From a virus (taxonomy: Duplodnaviria; Caudoviricetes): a stretch of DNA of 49,402 nucleotides. Positions 7,285-18,500 of the stretch are shown piece after piece (the first letter of the stretch is position 1; every line of letters starts with the position of its first letter). Location of the stretch: positions 1 through 49,402 of the IMG/VR virus record IMGVR_UViG_3300008097_000009. One strand, given 5' to 3'. The notes below the pieces were generated by a model, which worked only from the letters and a program-made list of their open reading frames with translations, was not told the DNA's origin and searched no databases. The translations under genes were made by a program, and so were the position numbers.

Positions 7285-9726
7285 TTACCAAGCTTTAATA
7301 AGATATTTTACTCTAAAGTATTTTAACACAAGTGGGATAGGTGTGCGTGGAACAATACCAGCAGATACTGTTATTTGTTCAGCACCAGTCATTGTAAGTG
7401 TACCATCATTTACAGTCATTGCAGCCGCAGATGGTGTAACCGACAAAGTTTTATCAATGAAGAATGATACTGCTTGACCATTTTCATTATTTACATTCTC
7501 ATTCATCTTATTTTTACCATAAGGATTAGAGTATGCATCACTAGTACCTGGATCAGTACCATCTACAGGAGTTTGATCTGCTGCAAGAGTTGCAGGGTAT
7601 GACCTTCCAGGTCCCCACATGATTCTTACTCCACCAACTCCTCCATTACCTGCGGTAGCTTGAGGGTCTGTACTAACAGGAGTATTAGAACACGAACCTC
7701 CTCCTCCACCAACAGCACCACCATTTCCACCATCACAGTGTGTATATGGTGACGTGGATCCAGTAGCATCTTGTGAGGTTGCGAACACAGTTCCAAGTCC
7801 ACCACTAGCACTACTTAACTGCCATGCTATACCACCTGGATTAGCATTGATACCTCCTGTTGTGGTTCCAGTATTTGTTAGATTCCATCCAAATTTATAT
7901 GTACCAGCAGCAACAGTACCAAGATCAATATTAGTATCAGCAGTACCATCAGTTATTGGACTAGTATTTTTCTGTACTCCATCCCAAAAAACATCAGCAG
8001 TATCATCAGCCTGAACCCTTATCCATACCTGTGTCGTTGCAGTAAGAGTAACTAAACGCTGTCCAAATGTTAACTGATTTAGATATGGATCTGGATTAGT
8101 TGGATCTATAACTCTAGCCTTACAAATACCATACTGTTGCATAAATGTAGACCACATAGCAGTTGTATTTGTTGTTGGATGAGTTATATCCCAGTTATTA
8201 TTATTCTGTTCAGGTGCAGTTGTACTTTCACCAGAAGCACCACCAGAACCTCCACCACCACCAGTCATAGATCCACCTGGAGTCTCTTGGTTAGCTGGAT
8301 TACCTCTTGTACCATTAGCTCCTTGTCCTTCTAATCCTACTCCACCACCACCAGCTCCAGCAATAGTCAAGTAAGTATGTGATCCAGCACCACCACCACC
8401 TCCATCTCCATCACCAGAAACAATAGGTCCAACAGCACCTTGAGTATTACCTCCACCACCATCACCTGAATATCCACCTGCACCACCACCTCCACCAAAT
8501 GTAGTAGCAAATCCTCCATTACCACCGCCATCTCCAACAAAATCACCACCATCCCTAGATGTAGTTGAACCTGATGTCGAACCTCCACCACCACCTTTAA
8601 CAGTACTAGCAGATATGAAATAACTATCGTCACCTTCAGGCCAAATTGTTGGGTATGGGTCATCTGTACCAGTACCACCAGCACCTACGACTATTGTATA
8701 ACTAGAGCCTGGTGACACTGTGATGTTATTCTTATATCCTAGGCCACCACCGCCTCCACCAACTAAACCAGCACAACCACCAGCACCACCACCAACACAT
8801 ACAACACAGATAGACGTTACACCAGCAGGTGCTGTCCAACTATGAGTACCTGCTGTTGTCCATTCTTCTTGACCAACTGCATCTGCAGCAGTACCACTAT
8901 TATGTTCATGTGAATATGTTGGAGATATATCATACGAATACTGTGCTTGTGTACCTGCTCCAGGATCTATACCTCTTCTTGGTCTATATTCACAGAAATA
9001 ATGTGAGTGTTCAGCAGCATATCCTCTCTCTTCAGGAACCCACTGTTGAATTGGAGATCTATTGGTAACATAGTTTGGTGATTTAGTATCATCCATCGCA
9101 AGACCCTTTTCATATGTCTGTGGTCCTGCTTCACTACCTAAAACTAAATGGGCGTGTGGTGGTGGTCCACTTAATGTATGTGGTTGTAAAGGTCCAATCT
9201 TTATAACTGCTTGACCAGACAATGTTCCTTTAACAAATCCTGTTACAGCACTATATCCAGTTACACGAACTGTCCCAAACCCATACTCCTCAAGTTGCCT
9301 AGCTCTGCTAATATACCATTCACCACCAGTCATACCCACTTCCATAGTAGATAAGTCTGGTGTCTGTGATCCAGCTCCATCAATACCATCAGGACCATTA
9401 ACTCTCTTCATCCTCATGTCTGGTAACTTAAATGTACCAGTGAGTTGAGTGTTATCACCCCAATCTCTAAGATCAACTAAAGTAGGAGCAGTTCCACCAT
9501 ACTTATTCTGTAATGCATCATATAATAAAGGGAAGTCAGCAATATTTAATTGTCTTCCATCACAATATAACCAACCAGGATATTGGTATTCAACCTTTGC
9601 TGCATCAGTAGAATCAGATGCATCATATGCACCTACAAAAACAGACTTGATAGCTCCAATAGGCATACCAGAGTCATTGCTCATGTCGGAATAATGATTG
9701 TGGAAGGATCCTCTTTCTCTAGGCAT
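7285..9726 (-). CDS. tail-collar domain protein (short tail fibre-like) with Gly-rich and inserted beta-sandwich domains
   Basis: Collar motif 'PIGAI...GWLYCDG...FPLLYDAL...YGG...FKLPDMR', HxH motifs and C-terminal 'VKYLIKAW'. Confidence 0.8.
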   Translation of the reverse strand: MPRERGSFHNHYSDMSNDSGMPIGAIKSVFVGAYDASDSTDAAKVEYQYPGWLYCDGRQLNIADFPLLYDALQNKYGGTAPTLVDLRDWGDNTQLTGTFKLPDMRMKRVNGPDGIDGAGSQTPDLSTMEVGMTGGEWYISRARQLEEYGFGTVRVTGYSAVTGFVKGTLSGQAVIKIGPLQPHTLSGPPPHAHLVLGSEAGPQTYEKGLAMDDTKSPNYVTNRSPIQQWVPEERGYAAEHSHYFCEYRPRRGIDPGAGTQAQYSYDISPTYSHEHNSGTAADAVGQEEWTTAGTHSWTAPAGVTSICVVCVGGGAGGCAGLVGGGGGGLGYKNNITVSPGSSYTIVVGAGGTGTDDPYPTIWPEGDDSYFISASTVKGGGGGSTSGSTTSRDGGDFVGDGGGNGGFATTFGGGGGAGGYSGDGGGGNTQGAVGPIVSGDGDGGGGGAGSHTYLTIAGAGGGGVGLEGQGANGTRGNPANQETPGGSMTGGGGGSGGASGESTTAPEQNNNNWDITHPTTNTTAMWSTFMQQYGICKARVIDPTNPDPYLNQLTFGQRLVTLTATTQVWIRVQADDTADVFWDGVQKNTSPITDGTADTNIDLGTVAAGTYKFGWNLTNTGTTTGGINANPGGIAWQLSSASGGLGTVFATSQDATGSTSPYTHCDGGNGGAVGGGGGSCSNTPVSTDPQATAGNGGVGGVRIMWGPGRSYPATLAADQTPVDGTDPGTSDAYSNPYGKNKMNENVNNENGQAVSFFIDKTLSVTPSAAAMTVNDGTLTMTGAEQITVSAGIVPRTPIPLVLKYFRVKYLIKAW

Positions 9727-9727
9727 G

Positions 9728-10963
9728 TTAATACTTTATTAGAAATTCCATAACAATGTATGGTGAAACAACATCATCAAACTTATTTACACCAGAAGTA
9801 CTTATGTTAACAGATGCTTCCAGACCATCTGGTCTCATAGTAGCAACTTGAGTGGTACATTCATAATCAGTATCACCTATCTCTCTATCAATAATATGAG
9901 AGTGTAGTGTAGCATCAAGTGTATCTGATCCTGGGGGAACTCCACATGTTTCTTCAACATTCCTCGCAGTAGGATATACTGGATCTGATACATCATCATT
10001 AACAGTATCATATGGTCTTTGCAAACCGACATTTATACCAGGTGCTGGTTCGTTATTAGGCCATGAGTTTGATGTAACTACATCACTACCAGATATTGTT
10101 TTATCTGGAGTCCAGTTACTTGCTGCTGGATATGTATTGTTTTGAATCGTTAAATGAGCACCACTCTGACTAGCATATCCTAAGAAATGATTTCTGAAAG
10201 ATGCACAGTTACCACCATTACAAATACCAGGTCCACCAATTTGATAAAATCCAGCTACTGTAGCCTGCCAATTATGTCTAGCAACTTCATTACACAATCC
10301 ACCATAACTCTCAGCAGATTCAGCAGTAAGGTTAACATCAGCTGCTGATCTATAATATGGTGTAGATCTATTAGGATACTCAGCACTCTCTTTTACTGCG
10401 ACTCTAGTACCACCAGAAAAGTGTCCATGTGATCCTATAGCACCAGCAGGTACTGATGTAGTCTCAGTAGTAGTTGGAAGTGTCCAACCTATTGAACCAA
10501 TCATATCAAAAGTCTGTGCTGGTATAGTAAATGCACCATTAAATCCTATATTAGCAGTGTTACCAACATTAGAGAACATCTCAACACCAACACCTGCTTT
10601 CTTAATAGTTGTTGCATTTTCTCCAGTACCAACAACCTTATCAATATTTCTATATGATCCTACATTAGATGATGAAGCAGCTTCTATATGTTTTGATCCT
10701 AGATCAGGAACTTGAAACTGAGTAGCAGCAAGAGCTTGATCAGATTTTTTATACAATGATGTTTCACCGACTCCAAGTATCCTTGCAAGCTCTGGATAAT
10801 CTCTCTCATCGTAAACAGAACCATCACATCTCAAGTAACCTGCTGGTAACTTGTCTATAATCTGTGCAAAATTAGGATCATTATCAGGGATACTAACACC
10901 CCAGTTAATAATAGTACCAGGTGCATTACCTAACTTAGATCTCTCTTTCTGTAGAAACTTCAT
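9728..10963 (-). CDS. tail-collar domain protein
   Basis: 'PGTII...PAGYLRCDGSVY...YPELARILG...FQVPDL', HGH and HSH, C-terminal 'SPYIVMEFLIKY'. Confidence 0.8.
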   Translation of the reverse strand: MKFLQKERSKLGNAPGTIINWGVSIPDNDPNFAQIIDKLPAGYLRCDGSVYDERDYPELARILGVGETSLYKKSDQALAATQFQVPDLGSKHIEAASSSNVGSYRNIDKVVGTGENATTIKKAGVGVEMFSNVGNTANIGFNGAFTIPAQTFDMIGSIGWTLPTTTETTSVPAGAIGSHGHFSGGTRVAVKESAEYPNRSTPYYRSAADVNLTAESAESYGGLCNEVARHNWQATVAGFYQIGGPGICNGGNCASFRNHFLGYASQSGAHLTIQNNTYPAASNWTPDKTISGSDVVTSNSWPNNEPAPGINVGLQRPYDTVNDDVSDPVYPTARNVEETCGVPPGSDTLDATLHSHIIDREIGDTDYECTTQVATMRPDGLEASVNISTSGVNKFDDVVSPYIVMEFLIKY

Positions 10964-12525
10964 TAATATGCCCTAATAAGATACATCATGCTAATAGCTG
11001 GAGTCTTTACATCCACGTTAATATTTAGTGCAGATGGTAGATTCTGTGGTGCAACTGCTGTAGGTTGACCAGACAATGTACTATCAATTGCTATATCATT
11101 AACAGCTACAATCGTAGGTGGTTTAAGAAAACCAGCATTCATTGTAAGCTGGAATGAATAGTGAGTATGAGACTGCTGATTAGCATGATACTCATCAGCA
11201 TGATTCAAAGCAACTGGAAATGTTTTAGATGTTCCTTCGTCAGCAGGATTGAATAAATTAGTAGCAATATTATCTCCTTCACCCTGATATCCATACCAGT
11301 TCTTACTATTCAGATTCGATTCCCTTTCATTACAGTTATATACTGAGTTAACATTACTATAAGTAGCACCTAAAGGTCTAGGCATAGGACCAGTCCACAC
11401 TGGTTGTGGATTATATGTACCAACACCACCAGTATTATTAGGATTGAGTCGTGGTCTACTCATATCAACTATAGTTTGATTTGCAACAAATCTTGTTACT
11501 AAAGCAGTACCTTGGTTACCACCAACAGTATCAGGACTACCTGAACTTGGTGGTTCTGATGCAACAAGTGTCTTTTGCTTAAAATTACCTTCTACATTAG
11601 TCTCAACTTTTGGACACTGAAAGCTTTCAAAGAATCCACCATCATCAAGAACATATCTATATCCAGTACCTTGATTACCAATAACAGTAGGGTTACCATG
11701 TGTATGAGGTGGCATATGATCCTTACTTAGTTTCCTAGGTAAGCTATGAAATGTCTTAAAATAGTTTGGTGGGTTTACTGAGAAATTTCTAATCTGTCCT
11801 GTTAAACTACTAGAATCTGTGATAACAAAATTTATATCAGAGTTAGCATTATATGATGTACCTGGACTAACACCAGATCCATCACCTTCAATTAATTTAT
11901 TAGTACCAACTCCTGTTGGTGTTAATACATCTGGTACTGATGGTAGAGTCCAGTCCACCTTTAATACTAAGTCATCTGTTCCTGAAGGAAGGTTAGCAGC
12001 AGTTATAGTTATCTCATCACCAGCAGTATATCCACCACCAGTATCAACTATCTTAGTTACTCCAGCTCTACCTTGAGCATCTATATCAATAGTTACTTGG
12101 CAACCAGTTCCACCACTAGCAGAAGTTACAGTAAAATTATATGTTGCGGCTGTTCTTCCCTCATCTACTTCACCATTAGTAATAGTCATACCACCAACAG
12201 CACCACTCTGATATGTCTGGCCAGCCTGCAATGCAGCAACACTAACATAATCTTCTTCGTAGTCTGCTAATAATCTAGTATTTAACTGAGGTAAAGCAAA
12301 CGTATCTCCACTTATATAATTTGGATATGTCCTATTATTAAGACCATTGGTAGGTCCATAAGTATTACCCAGAATAGAAGCCAGTACTGGAAAATTCATA
12401 GCTTCCAATACTTGACCATTACAAGCTAACCATCCTTTCGGGATTGTACCTTGATCTCCAGACCAAGGAAGGATCGTGCCTATTGCCGATCCTCTCATCT
12501 TTTTCTCTGCTTCGTACTGTTTCAT
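10963..12525 (-). CDS. tail-collar domain protein
   Basis: 'IGTILPWSG...IPKGWLACNG...FPVLASILGNTYG...FALPQL', two HTH motifs, C-terminal 'MMYLIRAY'. Confidence 0.8.
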   Translation of the reverse strand: MKQYEAEKKMRGSAIGTILPWSGDQGTIPKGWLACNGQVLEAMNFPVLASILGNTYGPTNGLNNRTYPNYISGDTFALPQLNTRLLADYEEDYVSVAALQAGQTYQSGAVGGMTITNGEVDEGRTAATYNFTVTSASGGTGCQVTIDIDAQGRAGVTKIVDTGGGYTAGDEITITAANLPSGTDDLVLKVDWTLPSVPDVLTPTGVGTNKLIEGDGSGVSPGTSYNANSDINFVITDSSSLTGQIRNFSVNPPNYFKTFHSLPRKLSKDHMPPHTHGNPTVIGNQGTGYRYVLDDGGFFESFQCPKVETNVEGNFKQKTLVASEPPSSGSPDTVGGNQGTALVTRFVANQTIVDMSRPRLNPNNTGGVGTYNPQPVWTGPMPRPLGATYSNVNSVYNCNERESNLNSKNWYGYQGEGDNIATNLFNPADEGTSKTFPVALNHADEYHANQQSHTHYSFQLTMNAGFLKPPTIVAVNDIAIDSTLSGQPTAVAPQNLPSALNINVDVKTPAISMMYLIRAY

Positions 12526-12528
12526 TGA

Positions 12529-15500
12529 TTATAACTCCACGAGCCACCATCCCCTGTAATTGGATGGTATAGTTCCTGTTTCTGTTCCATCTTTTGCTCC
12601 AGCGAATACGAACCCAAATCCAGCATTTCTAGTCTGGACAATCATTTCACCACCTTGGTATGCACTACTTAGTCCACCAGCAAGTGTTCCAGTAGCATCA
12701 CCTTGCATTTGTACACCAACTGGTGCACGAACGATTAATGATGTAGAGTAAGATAGATTACCTCCTAGGTCAATCATTCTAATCATATCACCAGTCTCTG
12801 CATCTGCTGGTAATGTAAACACTGCTGTAGCAGCAATAGCAACAAAATAATTTTTACCAGTTTCAAGTGTTGCGTCAGAAGATTTAAACTCCCAGTTGAG
12901 TCCACCATTCTTACCCCAGTATCTATCAACACCGAATGCATCAATAGCAGCATCCTGACGTATTCTGAATAATCTATCATCATCATTACCAAGACCATTA
13001 ATTTCTAATGCCTTAGTATTATCTGCTGATGTACGTGCTTGAGCAAGACTGTTAATGGTAACTTGACCACCATTAACTGTTAGATCACCAGTACCAATTG
13101 CAGATCCAGCAACACCAATACGTGTATCACCAGTCTGTGCATCTACATGCAACTTAGCAGTAGAGGTATCACCGAATTGAATTCCAGTAGTACCACTGAA
13201 TACAGAGAAGTCATCATCTATTTGTAAGTGACCAGAAATTTCAAGGTTACCAGTAGATACCTGCAAGTAAGCAGACATCAACGCATCATCAGCAGAACCT
13301 ACTGTACCATCATTCTGCACTCTTAGGTTACCAGCTAACCACTGATTACCTCCCTTATCAATAATTGCTTTAGGAGCAGCCTCAGTACCAATACCAACGA
13401 CTGTGAACTTACCATCACTGTCGATAGTTAGTCTAGTGTTAGCAGTTGGTTGACCATTAATAATCCTAAACTGATTATCAGTAGAATTAGTTGATGCATT
13501 ACCTGTTAGATTAATACTAAAGTCTTGAGAACCAAGTATAGTAGAATCTACACCACCGAAGACAGAATCAATTACGAAACGATCTTGCTGTGCACCATTA
13601 TTAACACTAAACTTCTCAGCATTAGTATCATTAACAGCAGTAATCCTAACAAATTCACCAGTACATGAAGGTGCGTTAGCACCATTTAATCTTAGGTAGT
13701 CACCAACACTGAACTGTCCACCAAACTCAGCAAGTGATACAAGATCAGCACTAAAGTTAAGTATAGCAGATCCAACACTACCTGATATTGGAACAGCACC
13801 ACCATCAGGATCTAGAGATAGATTAAACCTTGTGACGCTATTACCAGTGTCATTCACTGCGTTCACAACGAAGTAAGTTGCTGTAGTATTAACTCCTACA
13901 ATGCTACCAACATTACTGAACTTAACTGCATCACCTGTTCCTAACTCATTGATAGGAACTTCAAGTGTATCAGCATTATTTACAAGATTAGATAAAGCAG
14001 GAGTTGTAGAAGTCTGTGGTACTCTACCAACTAAGTAAGTAGCATCATTAGATCTCTCAAGCTTGTATATAACAGAATTATCTGCATGTATTGCTACAGT
14101 TGTACAATCTACACCTCTATTAACTGGAACTATCCTTGTATTAGCATCAGGACCAGGTGAGACAACCTCAACCAATTCTGTTCCTATGATAAGGATATCA
14201 CCAATCGCTATTCCTCTGACGTTATTAACTGGTAATCTATTATACTCAGCATCATTTGAATTAGCTGTCCATTGAGTTGTACCAGTACCAGTATCAACTA
14301 AGGTATTCTGTAATGTAATACCAGCAGATGTTCCAGGAGTACCACCAACCTGTACAGGTGATCCACCCTCAGATGTAGCAACCTGGAATGAACTACCAGT
14401 ACTATTAATAATCCAGTATGGTGTACTTGTACTAATACCACCACCAGAAAGACCAGTAATATCAGTAAATCTAACTACATTACCATCTAAGAAATAGTTC
14501 TCATTTACAGAGATAACTCCATTAGCTGCAACACTAGTAATAACTTGGAAACTATCAATATCAGCGACATACTTGTAGAAGTCAACATTGAGGTTTTGTA
14601 AATTACCAGGAGCATGAGCTATCTGTGCTGTATTGAGTTGTTGTCTATCAACTGTAACAGTTCCACTGTTAGATCCACCATGCATGGTTACATCACCATA
14701 CATGTCTGTATCACCATTAACTTGTAAAGAGTTTCTAACCTCTGTAGTACCAGCAACACCACCGATAGCAAACTGTGATGCTCTAGTTGCAAAGTTTACA
14801 ATAGAACCAGCACCAGCTCTGGTGAATAGATTGATAGTCTGTGAATTAGACTGTAGATCACCACCATTAACATCTAAGTCACCATCAAGTATGGTCTGAG
14901 CATTCTTAATTGTGAATGTAGAGTTAGCAGTATTACTAAACGCACCACCAAATGTAAGTATTGACTTATTTGTAGCACTATCAGCAACAGTACCAACATT
15001 GACTGTTGAATCAGTAGATGATGTGTGTATATTTAATGTTGTATCAGTAGATGATGTACCAACATTGATTGTCTGAGCTGCTGTTGCATCCTCAAAGAGG
15101 TTTACAGTAGTCGCAAGACCACCAACATTTAATGTGGTTGCATTAGTATCAAGGACATTAAAGGTTGTTGCATTAGTAGTAATACTTCCACCATCAATGT
15201 TTAAATTACCATCTATGTCTGCGTTAGCGATATCACTACCAACAGTTACTAAGTGTAATGCATTTGTTTCACCAGATCCTACCTTGATAGTAAGAGTAGA
15301 ATCTAAATCATCATCAGTTGCATTAATACCAACTCTTGTTTCTAGAGTAGAAACTCTAAGTGTTGCTAAGTTATCTGATACTATTGAATCTCCACCAACT
15401 ATCAATGCATCCTTGAGACCAGTCTCAGTCTTAGTTGTAGTTGCTTCACCAGTATAGTTATTGATCGCCTTACCACTAATGAATGCATTACCAACAACAT

Positions 15501-18500
15501 CCAAGTTTGCTCTTGGTTCTTGTTGATTGTAAACTGTACCACTAGCAGTATATGTTAAGAATCCATGCTCATGTGAATTATGAGCAGTACGAGCAATGGT
15601 GTTAATACCAAGCTTGTAGTCACCAATCGTAGATGTCTTAGTTCTGATAACTTCAGAACCTATTACACCAGTCTCTTTCCAATTCTCATCAGATCTTTCA
15701 AGAATAACACTCGACTCAGTAGCCCAAGTAAATGTAGTTGTAGGAATAGAGTTGTTAACAACAAACTCACAGAACCCATCATCTGCACCTGTTTGATCTG
15801 CCTTGGTAATTACCCACTTACCATTAACACGTGGATCGGAGAACCCTTTAATAAGGATTGTCTTACCTACACCAATGTTAATACCACTATCACCATTAGT
15901 AAATGCACCAGACCAATGAAGTTGAACAGTATTACTACCGTTAGCCAAAAGCTGAAGAACAGATGTGTTTGGTATTATTGAGTAGTAGTTAGCATATATC
16001 CAAGCAAGAGAACCACTCTGCTCAATTGACCTACCCTTATAAAGGATATCGCCTGCTTGTGCATTAGCATCTACATCAGAAGAATTGTAATATCTTACAA
16101 ACTGCTCAGGACTAAATGTTGTTGACTGATCAGGTGTTCTGTTGCTAGGCTCATTCTCACTAAATGAGAAGTTTGTACGTATACTATACTCTTGACCTGG
16201 GAATAGTCCTGTACCTCGACCTTTTATGTGATAAACAGCCGTGGAAATTTTATTCCTACTAAGGGTCATATCACCCTTATTTCTATCAGACCAATTACCC
16301 CTAGTTAATGTATTATCTTCTCCACCACCATCACTTCTTGGGTTAGAAAGAATGGTAAGAGCAGGTGATTCAGTTGGTGGTTGAGTACTAATAATTACTC
16401 TGTTATTAAAGTAACCAATACCTTCAACAGTAATCTTATCCTTAAATGTAACAGGAGTATCAAATGATGTTACCAGTGTAGTGATAATATCTGTATCATC
16501 TTCAGATGACTCAAGTTGAGCTTTCTCTAGGAATGTCTCTTCACCAGTGATAGCATCAATCTTCTTGTTACCAATGTATAGGTCACCATTAGAGTTAAGA
16601 CCAGTATAGAATACAATACCACCATCCTCACGTTTTGCTTGTGAGTAGTAGTCTTGGAACTCAGAAAGTATAACTTCCTGTCTTGCTGGTAGACCAGATG
16701 AATAGTTACCTGGACCAAAACCAAGGTATTCAAACGTATGGTTACCAGATCTAGCAATAGATGGTCTTCTTAGTTCAATGTATACCTTCTGATCATGAAC
16801 AGATTCAGTATCACCAGCAATAGGAATCTGTCTCTGTTCTGAACCAGCAGTAGCATTACCTGTAACAGCTTGGAGTGTATTACCAGCATTAGCATAGGTG
16901 TATCCACTAAAGTATCCTGACTGAGTTAGATCTTCAATTGCTTCCTTAGTCATTGACCTCTTATAGTCATTGACCCAGACAAGACCATGTGTATAGTTGT
17001 CTGCGAAACTGTTAGCAGCAGGTGGATCAGTAATTAATGCGTTCTTAGTACCATTGTTGTCTATAACCTGATACCATAGAGGATCATTCTTATAGTCTAG
17101 TGGATAAAGTGAGGAGATAGGCTGAGAGAACTTAAAGTTCTGGAAGTTAGCACCTACACCAGCACCACGAGGCATTGGAGAAATATTACCACGAACAGCA
17201 GTTAGATAGTAAATACCATCTTGCTGGCCAGCAACACGTTCTTGAATGATATCAGAATCAAAGATATAGAATGTATCATCAATGTCTTTAACATCTTCAA
17301 CAGAAACAACCTTATAGGTATTACCAACTGTATCATTTAATGTATCACCAGGTGTGACTGTGAATACATTAGAATCACCAACAACATAAAGGTTATTACC
17401 TTTACTATCTCTACCACCATTAACATCTGCCTGTTGATCAGCATAAACAGCACCTTGCTGGAATCTTGTGGCAGTTAATGGATTGTATGTTGGTCTAGCA
17501 CTTACATCCTTAAGGATGATATAATGCTTAGTATCAGCACCTACAACTACTGAGAAGTATGCATGTAGATAACCAAATCCACTGCTACCACCAGTCCACT
17601 CTACTATGTTAGTAGGAGCAGATGTAGTCTTACTTGTAGCAAATGAACCTGCTTGTGGAGCATTAATCTCTACAGTATGGAATACTGTATTCTTTAAGTT
17701 TGGTGCGTTAGTATCGTCAACTGTGTGGTCAAATACAGTAAGCTCTAGTTTCTCAGAACCTGCTGGACCTATCTTCCTAGCAGAACGAATACTGAATCGA
17801 ATATAGTTATCAGTATTAACAATGCGAGGATGGTTATCTGGATCATATATGTTCTTAGCTGTTAATGTACCAGCCTGCACTGCTGCATCAAAGTCAACCT
17901 TGGACATACCAAGTGTCTCAGTTGAGTTAGCAGACTGTGGGTTACGGAAATCAGCGATATCAGGAGATCCACCAACTTTTTCAAGTACTATATTCTGTGG
18001 AAGTAGATTACGCTTAGTATCAGTACGGATCTTCATTACAAATCCGTTGTTTGGTTGCCTTACAGAACCAGGATATTCTTTTGGTTGTACATATCTTAAA
18101 CGATAGATACGATCATTAGCAACACGATCATCCTTGAGACGAGTATAGTAAGAATCTGTTGTCTGTGTCTGACCTGAAGAAGGATCATAATCACTCTCTT
18201 GAATCCTAGTGATTATATTATCATCAAGACTAGTCTCATCCTTAAGATTCAAGTACCACAATCCATCAGGTATTGGTGGAACTCTAGATGCAGCAGTATC
18301 AACAAACGTAGGATCAAATCTCATTGGTGATGTACGCTTGTTAGCGAAGACATACCAATATTGATCTGGATTATTGACTAAAACTACCTCTGGTGCACCA
18401 GCTATAGCATCAGCAGCAGTAGCAAAGATCTTAAATGTATCTTCTGTTTCATACCTTACATAGTACTCTTGGGTAGGAGATACCAGAGCTCCACCACCAC

